NCBI RefSeq assembly: GCF_001194135.2
Contig: NC_068984.1
Span: 134,298,760 to 134,362,759 of the forward strand
Length of the DNA stretch: 64,000 nucleotides
From: Octopus bimaculoides
Taxonomy: Eukaryota
Direction: 5' to 3'
Shown here: one piece after another, positions 1-13,789 of the stretch
How the letters are laid out: each line of letters begins with the position of its first letter
Numbering within the stretch: position 1 is the first letter of the stretch
Notes under the pieces: model-generated
Told to the model about the DNA's origin: nothing
The model's database searches: none
Seen by the model: only the letters and a program-made list of their open reading frames with translations
Made by a program: the position numbers and the translations under genes

Positions 1-21
1 GATACATATAATCATATATAC

Positions 22-58
<37 letters not shown>

Positions 59-687
59 TATGTGTGTATATATATATATATACATATATATGTGTATATA
101 TATGTACATATACACACACATATATATGTGTATGTAGGTATATATAGATATATATATATATATACATATAAATATGTATATATATATATAAATATGTATA
201 TATATATATATNNNNNNNNNNNNNNNNNNNNNNNNNNNNNNNNNNNNNNNNNNNNNNNNNNNNNNNNNNNNNNNNNNNNNNNNNNNNNNNNNNNNNNNNN
301 NNNNNNNNNNNNNNNNNNNNNNNNNNNNNNNNNNNNNNNNNNNNNNNNNNNNNNNNNNNNNNNNNNNNNNNNNNNNNNNNNNNNNNNNNNNNNNNNNNNN
401 NNNNNNNNNNNNNNNNNNNNNNNNNNNNNNNNNNNNNNNNNNNNNNNNNNNNNNNNNNNNNNNNNNNNNNNNNNNNNNNNNNNNNNNNNNNNNNNNNNNN
501 NNNNNNNNNNNNNNNNNNNNNNNNNNNNNNNNNNNNNNNNNNNNNNNNNNNNNNNNNNNNNNNNNNNNNNNNNNNNNNNNNNNNNNNNNNNNNNNNNNNN
601 NNNNNNNNNNNNNNNNNNNNTATATATATATATGTAATATATATGTATATAGTTATATATATATATGTATATATATGTATGTATATG

Positions 688-753
<66 letters not shown>

Positions 754-930
754 TATATATATATGTATATATATATATTTATATACATATATATAAAAGT
801 ACATATATATTATATATATATGTATATATATACATACATATATATATTATATATATGCATATATATGTATGTATATATATATATATACACATACATACAT
901 ATATTATATGTATATATATGATATATATAT

Positions 931-988
<58 letters not shown>

Positions 989-1105
989 CACATATATATA
1001 CATACATATATATACATATATATACACATATATACATATATATGTATACATACATACATACATATATCTACATATGATATATAGATACACATATTATATA
1101 TATAC
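1..1105. repeat. Representative (TA)n/(CA)n low-complexity array with a gap; similar arrays throughout (e.g. 5300-5625, 7130-7730, 11200-12190, 37450-37790, 58990-59210, 59830-60060)
   Basis: Direct reading; source of the [12 protein letters not shown] ORFs. Confidence 0.97.
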
Positions 1106-1583
1106 TCCCACAAAATATTTTCTTTTATTTAGAAATGAAATACATTATGTAATAAATAAAACAAATCATTCTGCAGAAAATATATATGGAAAAGCACAGA
1201 TTTTAGAATGTCAGCAATAACAGAAAAAAGGACAACCTACAAAAATCACAAAATAGAGATGCAATGTAAAGTATTTTCATAATTACTTAAAAATATTAAA
1301 TACATACATGGGGATATACACAAACATACAAATATAACATACATAATGTACAGAAATATGAAGATGTTTGCATTTTGACATTTTCAGACACAATATAAGA
1401 TATTCTGTATTTCAGATATTAGACTGGGTTACATTCTACCAAATGGACTTGACAGTTAATTCTGACTCAAATCTAAGAGAATGTAATCACAAACAAGTTG
1501 TGAATAGATTCTTGCACAATTGAACTACATTAGGATCAAAGAACTCAATAAAAATTCTATCTTATCTATCTTATCTATCTATC

Positions 1584-1633
<50 letters not shown>

Positions 1634-1757
1634 CATTTGCTTGTGTCTATTGACCNNNNNNNNNNCTAATATATACTTTTGTTATTTACACCACCTGTCC
1701 TCGTCTGTTGTTATTTTTTGTATATTCTCCCATATATATATATATATATATATATAA

Positions 1758-1940
1758 ATGAGTAACATAGATGTACAGGTGTCAATTCATTATGGCCATT
1801 TCAAGCGGCTCCTTTAATTGACCAATGAAAACATTACATTATTTGAAAGAAACCATTCTCATTAGATGACCACATAGACTTCGAAAATAAAGGATATAAC
1901 CATTTTTTTAAACATACACCTGTACATCTTTGTTACTCAT
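1758..1940. mobile_element. MITE-like element with 25-bp terminal inverted repeats
   Basis: atgagtaacatagatgtacaggtgt (1758-1782) vs acacctgtacatctttgttactcat (1916-1940), 1 mismatch. Confidence 0.65.
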
Positions 1941-2335
1941 GTATATTCTATTTACCTAAATTGGAATCTGCACTTGGGAAACGCTATAAAAAGTACCTTT
2001 ACAAAAAGTACTTGGCTGAATTACCAAGAGCGGATATCTTCACTTAGCTGGGTTGCGTTGTCGGCACACATGGCAGGAATATCAGGTACAAACACACCTG
2101 CCCGGAGTCTCAATATTCAATTAATATCGTTTGGATGTGCGGATTATACCGATCTAGCAAGGTGCCTCTATTTAAGTACTTAATTCAACAGAATCTTAAC
2201 AATAGATATATATATATATATGAATTATGAGTTAGAGGTTATGCAACCATCTGCTTTTTAACTACAATTAAACTATGACCTTTTAATACCAATGATCAAC
2301 TTCTAATTGTTAATTGTTGCTCCATTTCTTTTCTA

Positions 2336-2374
<39 letters not shown>

Positions 2375-2665
2375 TACATATACACACATATATATGCACA
2401 CACACACACACACACACCCATATGAAAAATAAGGATAAACACAAGTTTATNNNNNNNNNNNNNNNNNNNNNNNNNNNNNNNNNNNNNNNNNNNNNNNNNN
2501 TATATATGTATATTAGAAGGTTTGGAGGTGATGTACAGGAATTATATATTAGAAAAAATAATAAGGTACTCAGATATCTGGATGGTTGTACATTTATAGA
2601 TTTTTATTAATATCTCACATGTTTTTATAAATTAGCACTTGCATCTTTTCTTGTAGATTCTCCAG

Positions 2666-2700
<35 letters not shown>

Positions 2701-2807
2701 TACATATACACACATATATATGCACACACACACACACACACACCCATATGAAAAATAAGGATAAACACAAGTTTATATTTTAAGGTTCCTACATACATTT
2801 CACCATT

Positions 2808-3047
2808 ATTCTTACACATGTTTCACCATTATGGTTCTTTGGAGCCCTGCAATACAAGCTCCAAATACATATAAACACTCAACCACAGTAGATCCTCAGG
2901 GGACACTTTACTGTTTCAAGTTATAGGGACATAACAGTATATAATAAAGTGTTCCCTAAGGATCCATTATGGTTGACCGTTTATATGCATTTGGAACTTT
3001 TATTGCAGGGCTCTGAAAAACCCTAATGGTGAAAAATGTGTAAGAAT
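2808..3047. mobile_element. Foldback/MITE-like palindrome, arms about 100 bp
   Basis: 2808-2910 is reverse-complementary to 2945-3047 with scattered mismatches. Confidence 0.75.
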
Positions 3048-3239
3048 TTTATAATAAACTTGTATTTGTCATTATTTTCCTTACATTTCCTCTATACCTC
3101 ATAACTGGTAATACTAATCAGTATAGTAGTTAATTGATAATTAATAACTACACAGAAAGCAGAGTGAATTATAAAACTTGACATGGAGCACTTAATATAA
3201 CAGTAGCAGTCATACATCTACCTGTATGCATAATTTATA

Positions 3240-3275
<36 letters not shown>

Positions 3276-3279
3276 GATC

Positions 3280-3491
3280 TTTTCTGCTCTAGGCACAAGG
3301 CCTGAAAATTTGGGGCAGGGGGCCACTCAATTAGATCGACCCCAGTACACAACTGGTACTTAATCTATCGACCCTGAAAGTATGAAAGGCAAAGTCAGCC
3401 TTGGCAGAGTTTGAACTCAGTTCGTAAAAACAGATGAAATACCGCTAAGGCATTTTGCCCAGTGTGCTAACGTTTCTGCCAGCTCACCACC
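3280..3491 (-). mobile_element. tRNA-derived SINE (family A)
   Basis: Minus strand begins ggtggtgagctggcagaaacgttagcac with a B-box-like gagttcaaactc; related copies at 29022-29410. Confidence 0.75.
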
Positions 3492-3553
3492 TTAATATAT
3501 ATCTGTAATATAGTTACAATGAATATGGAAGTTTGTACATCTGTATATTTTTC

Positions 3554-3779
3554 ATTTCTACAGTCAATTATACAGCATATTTAGTTTAAATTTGTCCAAT
3601 GTATATTTCTGCTGCATTGAAAACTAGCGATTGCATTTGCATCCAGTTACTTTTGACTGGTTTGCAGTCTATGCAATTCTGTTCAAGGACTGTCCATTGC
3701 AATTGCCAGGTTTCTATGCAGTAGAAATGTACTTCAGACAAATTTAAACCAAATAAACTGTATAATTGACTGTAGAAAT
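3554..3779. mobile_element. Foldback/MITE-like palindrome, arms about 85 bp
   Basis: atttctacagtcaattatacag... vs ...ctgtataattgactgtagaaat. Confidence 0.75.
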
Positions 3780-4159
3780 AAAAAAAAACAAATGTGCAAC
3801 TGTACTAATCACTGTATTTGTTGTAATTAATTTGGATATACACTGGGTAAAATATCTGTAAACTCGTGAAGTGAACCCAAGATTTATCCATTGCATGAAT
3901 TACAGTGGAATTGCTAACTTAAGTAATCCTAGTTGTTCCTTACAACTTGATATGGTTAGCCAGAACCCAGATTATTACTGAGTGCCCATATGGTACCCAC
4001 TTAACGGTTCAGCAAAACAGACCGATAGAATAGGTACTAGGCTTACAAAGAATAAGGTGATGCCCCAGCATGGCTGCAGTCAAATGACAAACAAGTAAAA
4101 GAATATACCTCTATATATATATGTATATAGGCTGACCTTCTATATATATAAGCCACATT

Positions 4160-4198
<39 letters not shown>

Positions 4199-4220
4199 GC
4201 AGACATGTCTATGCCCATAC

Positions 4221-4251
<31 letters not shown>

Positions 4252-4266
4252 TGCATATATAAATAA

Positions 4267-4267
<1 letters not shown>

Positions 4268-4337
<70 letters not shown>

Positions 4338-4338
4338 T
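4268..4338. repeat. (TATC)n tetranucleotide microsatellite (another at about 1560-1632)
   Basis: Direct reading. Confidence 0.95.
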
Positions 4339-4648
4339 TATGATCATTTACATACACACATGTATATGATAATATGCATGAGTATATGGCATAGATATAT
4401 TGTGCAGTGAAGAAATTTGTTTGCAAACCACATGGTTTTTGGGTTCAGTTTGGGCTCAGTCCCATCATGAGCATGTGTGTGTCTATGTGCATGTGTTTGC
4501 CTACGTGTTTGTTTCAATTGGCACTCTACAAAAGTCTCTTACTATGAAACTCTGCCAAATCAGATTGGAGGCTGGTGTTGCCATCCGGTTTCACCAGTCC
4601 TCAGTCAAATCGTCCAACCCATGCTAGCATGGAAAGCGGACGTTAAAC

Positions 4649-4715
<67 letters not shown>

Positions 4716-5344
4716 CTAGAGAGAAAGAGAGAGAGTGAGAGAGAGCAGACGAATAGACTGTTTATTAGATAGATAGATAAAGAGAAGCTAGATAGGTACG
4801 TAGTTAAATAAGATAACAAAATGGAAAAATCATTAAAGCATCAGAATAAAGACCTAGTAGTCTTTCTTCTGGTACTTTATATTCAGCTTTTAGATCCTGC
4901 CAAGGTCAACTCTGCCTTCTACCCTTTTCATTTAATAAAATAAAGTACTAATCAAATATTGGCATTATATTAACAGACCAGCACCCACTGTCCCTAAAGT
5001 TATTGGCCTTCTATGCATATATATATAATATGCACATTTCAGTGCTAATGTGCATACAAATTGCACATTAATACTTACCATTTTCAAAACATGGAATAAA
5101 GCATTTATTTGAAAACGAGAACAGATAAAGACAGGACATTTCAATAACAGATTAATTTAGAAAATCATAAATAGAGACATAAAGAAGGGGATATGCAAGA
5201 ATACCATGTTTAATACAGAATTATAACACATATACTCAACATACACACACATATACAGAATCAATATACATAAATATATACACATATTTGTCACTCAGAA
5301 TATGTATGTATGCATGTATGTATGCATGCATATATATATATGCA

Positions 5345-5406
<62 letters not shown>

Positions 5407-5750
5407 ATCTTATATACTTATATGTCTACATGTATATGTATGTGAATGCATATATATCTATGTGTGTATGTATGTACATATATATGTATATATATATGTG
5501 TGTGTATATACATATATAAATATATGTATGTATATATGTGTGTATACACACACACACATATAAATATGTATGCATGTATGTATATATGTATACACACATA
5601 TGTTATATATATATATATATATTTAGGAAGTTAAAAGTTATGACCTGTCATAGAATGCCCATTGGTTTTGCACCTATAAAGTGTATAGCAGTATAGCTGA
5701 ATAATATGTGTATAGGTATGTGTGTGTGTGTGTGTGTGTGNNNNNNNNNN

Positions 5751-5788
<38 letters not shown>

Positions 5789-7068
5789 TATATTTATATG
5801 CTAATGTTTGTTTTTATGTGAAGCTATATCGAAGAACAATGTAACACAAGACTAAAGGATTGGTCAATACATTTTATTTACATCCATATTGACCATTTAC
5901 AAGGTACAGATTAGGAGTGACTTTGAAGTTTTGGCTTGTTCACCTTCATTTGACTGCACTTTACTTGGGTTCATTCTGAACAAAGCCTTATATATATATA
6001 TATACATATATATATATGTAGTCTTTATATAGTCTTTGGCAAGTTGTTTTCTGGGATGATGAAGCTATGTTGATGATAATTAGATGCTGTGTAGGTAGAC
6101 CAGAGAAGTTGTTGTATGGAGAAGTGGTTAGAGAATGATGTAAGGTAAGTTTGCATTTGTAGGGAGCTGGTTGATAAAAAGTTATAGCGATGATATTTAT
6201 TCTAGTTTATTACTTGAATTTTGTTACTGTGTAGAGTTTAGTCACATTTGGAAGTAAAAATGTAAACAGATATGTCAAGTTCTGGTTATTCATTTACTTG
6301 TTTCAGTCATTTGACTGTGGCCATGGTTCAGCACCACCTTGAAAAGTTTTAGTCAAGCAAATTGACCCCAGGACTTATTTCTTAAGCCTAGTAATTATTC
6401 TATCAGTCTCTTTTGCTGAACTGCTAAGTTACAGGGATGTAAACATACCAACACTGGTTGTCAAGCAGTGATGGGGTTACACCATTTTTTGATATAGAAA
6501 GTTGGCTTTTTATGTTTTAGGGGATAACAACAGAACAATTATGGATAAAATGGTTGGTCAATTGGTTGGTCATAGGTTACTATAAGTTATTTCAAAGTGG
6601 GTATTTTGGAAGAGTTAGGACTGGGGAGACTATTTTCAATAAATAATTATCAATTTTCTTGCTGCTTATAGTGTTGCTCTTTGTATTTATATCACTTGGT
6701 TATAGACAAGTGCATACACATAACTGCATGACATAGCATATAATGCAGATGAATGTGTGAAGATGATACATTTTTCCTCTACAATGATATATATAAATAT
6801 CAGAGTATAGATGCATATCCATGCACAGATGTACTTATGTCTTTACATATAATTTAGTGTATCACATACATATGTATATCCTGACCATAACTTTCTATCA
6901 ATCTATTCCCTACAAACACATATATTCCTTCAGTCATCCTCCATCTACCATGTCTACACAATTACTTCTCTGTTCTACCTTCACCATATCTAATTATTAT
7001 ATATACTGACACACTAACTGAAATAACAACTCGCCAAAATTATATAAAGTTAAAATGAACCTAAATAA

Positions 7069-7112
7069 ACAGTCTGATGAAGGCAAGCAAGTCAAAACTT
7101 TGAAGTCGCTGC
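7069..7112 (+). ncRNA. Degenerate minimal type-I hammerhead ribozyme motif (Penelope-like element terminus)
   Basis: cagt-CTGATGA-a-ggc(aagcaa)gtc-AAAAC-tttgaa-GTC-gctg: stems I-III pair, core G12 is A; related inverted copy at 5914-5957. Confidence 0.6.
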
Positions 7113-7133
7113 CAAAACTTTACCTCATAAGAG

Positions 7134-7168
<35 letters not shown>

Positions 7169-7364
7169 TTATACATACAGACATATATATATATATATAT
7201 ATACATACAAATATGCATATATATATAAAAATATACATAAATATATATACATATACATAAATATATATATATATTTATATATATATATATATATATAAAT
7301 ATAAAAACATATATATACATAAATATAAATATATATATACATAAATATAAATATATATATATGC

Positions 7365-7439
<75 letters not shown>

Positions 7440-10400
7440 TAAATATATATACATATAAATATATATATATATACATACATGAATACATATATACATAAAT
7501 ATATATACATATTTATACATAAATATATATATATATATACATAAATATATATACATAAATATATATGTATATATACGGTGGTGCACCAGCATGACCGCAG
7601 CCACCAGCATGACCGCAGCCACTTGGCTGAAACACATAAATAAATAAATATATATAAATATACATATATATACATAAATATATACATATATACATATACA
7701 TACACTCATGTGTATGTATATATATGTATTATATTTGAGTTGACTGAGTCTTAATGTTTTGCCTATCAGCTTTTCCTGGTATTGATAAAGGAAATTGAAG
7801 CCAAAACTTCGTCAAATGATAGTGTTGTGAACATAGTATTTTACCTTTGCAGTAAAACATTACAATGAAAGGAATTGATATATCATTTGTGGTAAGAGAC
7901 TGAAGAAATACTTCTAAAGTTGTAAACCTGATTAAGTATAAATATCAACAAACAGGTAGGTAGAAATTAAATTTTGTGAAGCAAGGGGAGAAAGATAAAT
8001 TAAGTAAATATAAGTCAGTATACATATGAAAAAGTAACTTGGAGTAATTTCAGGGAGTTGGATGAAAGGACAGAAATTAAAGAAGTTTTATCCTAATTAG
8101 TGCAACTTTGTGGAAAATATTTAATACAAATAAAATTGGAATTGACATCATTATCATCGTTTAACCTCTGTTTTCCATGCTGGTATGGGTTGGATAGTTT
8201 GAGAGGAGCTAATGAGCCATAAAACTGTGTCAAGCTCCATTGTCAGCTTTAACACATTTCTTTGACTGGATGCTCTTCCTTTTGGAAGGGCATCCAGTCA
8301 ATCACTTCATGGAGTGTGATGCTAGGGGATTTTTAAAGAGTGGAACAACTGAATAACTGAAATAATAGATTTTAAAAAACTGCCAGAATGTATTGCTGAA
8401 AATGTCATGTAAGTTATAACAAAATGCATTAAATTAACTATAGAGTAAATTTATTTAAATGAAGAATGAGAATATTGATACTAAATGATGAGTTAAGAGC
8501 AGAAAATAACATAAGTATCACACCACAAAGATAGGAATTAAATCTAATGGATATAGTATAAATGAATATAAAAATAAGTTTATGATAGCCTAAAACTTCA
8601 CAGGTTAAACATACAAGAAATAAATGGGACTATTTTTCAAAGAAAATTAAGCTAGTGCTGTATAAGTTTCTACAGAATATGGACAAGAGAATTTTCCTTA
8701 TGTATAATATATGTAGGCATCACTGTCTATCCATGCATTTGTTTGAGTATGTATAAACATGTATTGATACATTGAGTATAAACATGTATTGATACATAGG
8801 AGTGTATATTTGTATGTATTTATCTACATTTGTAAGAATCTGTATATTTTCTGTCAATATATATTTCCAAGTCAAGAACTTTTAAGTGTGCATGTGCATG
8901 TGCATGTCTCTATGTATCTTTTTATAGATATTTTTTCTTTAGTTTATGCAATCACCTCTATTACATTTCTTATGTTTGCTTTTTATGGAATTTTAAAGAC
9001 CACACCAGCTGAATTAATTTTGACTTAAAATATAAACCCATATATTTATTTCTATGTTTGACCTGTAAAATTTTAGGTTACTATAACTTAATTTTTTACA
9101 TTGATTTATACTCTCTCCTAAGATCTAATTTCTGTCTATGTATGGTGGTACTTACACTATTTTCTAACACTTAGCTCATATGTGAAATTTTGTATAAATA
9201 TTCTTATCGTTCATTTAAATAGATTTAATCTGCGGTTCCTTTAATATTTCCTCTTATAACTTACATGGTGTCTTTAGCAAGATACCATATAAACTGTTTT
9301 CAGCAGTTTTTAAATACCTTTTAGAAATTTGATAGTTTTATTATTTAAAGTATCCCTTTAAACTACTAGTTTATATTTTACATTGTCAGTTCTGATATTA
9401 CTCTTAGCATAAAGATGATTAATTTGGAGAGTATCAATAGCATAATCCTTTAGGTTTTTATTTTTATGAATATACATGCATATGAATGCATGCATATATA
9501 CATATATATATATTTAATGATTTTGCTTTGGCATAGTAATACTAATAAGTTGCTAGAACGCAATATATTTATGGTTCAAAGTAAAGCATTAGATGATTTC
9601 AGAGTGGAATATCAATTAATGAATGAGAAAAGAACAGGCATTACATAATCACTTTTATTAGCTTATAGCTGTTTGTAATAAGCATTTTGGATGACTTTCA
9701 GGAAGAAAGAGGTTGCATATGCACTCAGCTCTGATTGCAATGCTTCTGATATCTGAAAAAAGTGATTACATAACTGCTGCTCTTTTGGCATCGCTAGCCA
9801 TTAAACCTTTTTCTATTTTCTCTCCCTGTTTATTTCTGTGTTCCTTTCTGTCGAAGAGCGTAGGCTTGAAATGTAAAAGACTTTCTCACTTCCTAAGTGT
9901 TAAACTAATATATCTGTTTGTTGTTTACACATCCGTCTTTGTCTTTTGTTTTTTTTGTAAATTCTCACTATATATATATCGTTTTCAGCTGTTGAAGTAG
10001 ATACAGATATAAATATTGGGTTAAAAAAACCCCAATATTTTCCATTCAAGGGTTTTTAATCCAATATTTATATGCTATTATTTAAAGCTTCACCTACTTT
10101 GATTTCCACAATTAAAACAATTATTTCACCTTTCTCGAAGTTTCTAAATTATGTAAGCAATATATATGAGTGAGTGAACAAACGAAGAAAAGTAGCACTT
10201 GATACATCTGGTTGGAGTTACATGTAGTTAATAACAGTGTGATTCAGCTCCACATGATTTAAAGTTGTGTGGGCACATGGGACATGTCCAACTCATCAGA
10301 TGCTTGGAGGCAGAGTGGTATATTTGAAAGAAATTCAAGATGGTCTCTAGGTATTTAGGTCTCTATCAGTGAGCTCAGGTCACATGGTATTAATGTGGAA

Positions 10401-11450
10401 TTGGGTCAAAATATTATTAATGTGTGCGTGTGTGTGTGCGTGCGTGTGTGTAAATGCAATAATTGGTATAGTTGATCAGCTAGTTGGAAAACAATACAGC
10501 ATTTTCTGTTGCTGGGACTCTATACATTAAGCAAAGTAAAAATTTATTGGTAATATTGATTTGACTAGGACCTCATGTACTACCTTGGTTTCAAAAAGTG
10601 AGAGCCAAAGACCTGTTCAAGTTAAAATTACCAATAAATAGCTATGTATGATTATATTATACTTGTGTAGTGTGCTATACAGTCTACAGCATGTAACTAA
10701 TCTTTAGAATTCCAAGTGTTACTTTATAGTTTGAAAGATGGGTCTCTGAAAAGAAATTGAATTATTTTATGAAATTTCTTTTTGTTATACATCGTTACAT
10801 ACAAACGAAAGATCAAAGTGAAAAACAAGAGTGGAAACATGTTATTTGTTTATTGAATGTATCCTTACAAATGTTTCATAAATGAATAAATCTGTTATGC
10901 AAGAAATACCTCACTATCCAATTAGACCATCAAATCATCATTGTTGACTATCTGACTGCAATGAATATTTCATTTATTGCATAAAATTCTGAAGATTTGA
11001 TGATATCAACAGATTGCAAGGTAGTATTTGCATTTGGATATATTATTTAATGAAACATGTATATGAAAGTATTCAATAAACATATGAACATATAACCATT
11101 CTAGTTTTTCATATTCTTTTTGTTTATGTATATCTTACACACACGCATGCACATGAAAATATATCCAATTGCTTTTATATGGTTAGAAATTTATGTGCTT
11201 TATGTATGTATATATGTATGTATGTATGTATGTGTGTATGTATGTGTGTATGCATGTATGTATGTATGTGTGTGTGTGTGAGTACATATATGGGTGTGTG
11301 TATATATAAAATACATATATATATATATATAAAATATACATATATACACAAACACACGCGCACACACACATATCTCTATATATAAATACACATATATATA
11401 TATATACATAAACTTAAATATACATGCATATGTACATATACGAAGACACC

Positions 11451-11525
<75 letters not shown>

Positions 11526-12267
11526 TACTCACACACATATATATAATATACAATTATATAATAATTATCAAAGATTATAAAAAACAATTGATGTAAATAC
11601 AATATGGGTAAGAATATAAATATGAATAATTGTATAATAATATAAATGATTAAATATACATACATATACAATGAGTGCACACATCCACACACACATAGAA
11701 AAACATGAGTATATATATATATATATGTATATATATGAGTGTATAAATAAATAATTACCATGATTGTTATAGTTATACTCACGCACACACACACATATAC
11801 ACATAAATGTGTAGCTATACACATGCACACAGACACACACATATACACATACATGGAGACTTACATATATTTATATATATATTGGTCCGTAGTTCATATA
11901 TCAGAAAAAGGAACACACTTTAAACATCAGAGCAGAGGTGTATTAAGAAGGTTCTTTGTTATGGGCATAACAAATAACCTGTTAAATATACATAAATATA
12001 TATTCATATATATACATGTATATATAAATTCCAATATATATATATATATATATTCATATTTATGTATATATATATATATTCATATTTATGTATATATATA
12101 TATATTCATATATATATATATGATGTATATATATATATATTCATGCATATATATGTAAGTAGATATTAATATACATATATATATATATATTTATTTTTTT
12201 ATTTTTATTTATTTATGTGTTTCAGCCAAGTGGCTGCGGTCATGCTGGTGCACCACCGTGATTTTCA

Positions 12268-12433
12268 CGTTCCTTGCATGGCTCTTCTCCCCCACCTGAC
12301 ATGGTCCAATCAAGAGTTTTGATGGCACATCTGGTGTATAAAAGAATTTGACACAGCTGCCCTAAACTGCGTCTCATTATGAGCCATTGGTTCGTCTGGT
12401 ATCGTGGAGAGGAAAGCGTCAAGTTTTGTCATA

Positions 12434-12502
<69 letters not shown>

Positions 12503-12640
12503 ACAATTAGAAAATGGAGACAAATTTTGGGTAAAACCTCCACTTTTACTCGTTCCCATTGATTGCACTTAGTATAGCACTAGTGTAGCAATAATTGGGT
12601 ACCGTCCCAGCAGTATACTGGATAGATACTATCCCTTAGT
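12268..12640 (-). mobile_element. CR1-like LINE 3' fragment interrupted by a (TA)n array
   Basis: Translation VLPK...TKLDAFLSTIPDEPMAHNETQFRAAVSNSFIHQM, typical of the CR1-clade ORF2 C-terminus. Confidence 0.75.
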
Positions 12641-12694
12641 GGGTTGAACCCCCAACCCCTAACTCTCTGACGTTATATATATATATATATATAT

Positions 12695-13606
12695 NNNNNN
12701 NNNNNNNNNNNNNNNNNNNNNNNNNNNNNNNNNNNNNNNNNNNNNNNNNNNNNNNNNNNNNNNNNNNNNNNNNNNNNNNNNNNNNNNNNNNNNNNNNNNN
12801 NNNNNNNNNNNNNNNNNNNNNNNNNNNNNNNNNNNNNNNNNNNNNNNNNNNNNNNNNNNNNNNNNNNNNNNNNNNNNNNNNNNNNNNNNNNNNNNNNNNN
12901 NNNNNNNNNNNNNNNNNNNNNNNNNNNNNNNNNNNNNNNNNNNNNNNNNNNNNNNNNNNNNNNNNNNNNNNNNNNNNNNNNNNNNNNNNNNNNNNNNNNN
13001 NNNNNNNNNNNNNNNNNNNNNNNNNNNNNNNNNNNNNNNNNNNNNNNNNNNNNNNNNNNNNNNNNNNNNNNNNNNNNNNNNNNNNNNNNNNNNNNNNNNN
13101 NNNNNNNNNNNNNNNNNNNNNNNNNNNNNNNNNNNNNNNNNNNNNNNNNNNNNNNNNNNNNNNNNNNNNNNNNNNNNNNNNNNNNNNNNNNNNNNNNNNN
13201 NNNNNNNNNNNNNNNNNNNNNNNNNNNNNNNNNNNNNNNNNNNNNNNNNNNNNNNNNNNNNNNNNNNNNNNNNNNNNNNNNNNNNNNNNNNNNNNNNNNN
13301 NNNNNNNNNNNNNNNNNNNNNNNNNNNNNNNNNNNNNNNNNNNNNNNNNNNNNNNNNNNNNNNNNNNNNNNNNNNNNNNNNNNNNNNNNNNNNNNNNNNN
13401 NNNNNNNNNNNNNNNNNNNNNNNNNNNNNNNNNNNNNNNNNNNNNNNNNNNNNNNNNNNNNNNNNNNNNNNNNNNNNNNNNNNNNNNNNNNNNNNNNNNN
13501 NNNNNNNNNNNNNNNNNNNNNNNNNNNNNNNNNNNNNNNNNNNNNNNNNNNNNNNNNNNNNNNNNNNNNNNNNNNNNNNNNNNNNNNNNNNNNNNNNNNN
13601 NNNNNC
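12695..13606. other. Largest assembly gap (other large N runs at 212-620, 23643-24185, 28412-28621, 52942-53737, 55540-55845, 62632-63000)
   Basis: Runs of n, mostly flanked by microsatellites. Confidence 0.99.
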
Positions 13607-13789
13607 ATCAGTTATAGTAATGAGTTGGTGAGGGGTACCTATTTGCAACAGTATTTTTATGGCTGGATGTTTTTCCTGTTGCTCACACAGACAGAGAGAC
13701 CCCCCCCCACACACACACATCTACATAAATGTACAAATATACTTACATATGTAAGCATATAGATATTTTAAGGACTTCGCTAGCAACAT

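Noticed and set aside
1974-2183. CpG-containing, GC-richer 200-bp block with a 69-aa ORF
   Set aside because: Stops in all minus-strand frames and no recognisable similarity; probably an unidentified repeat fragment.
2338-2776. Duplicated ~110-bp block around a 50-N gap (similar case at 37445-37620)
   Set aside because: Same gap-flank duplication pattern; likely an assembly artefact.
9841-9895. gagc-gtag-gct(t)-gaaa motif as a hammerhead
   Set aside because: No CUGANGA core in the right position; at most a related repeat tail.
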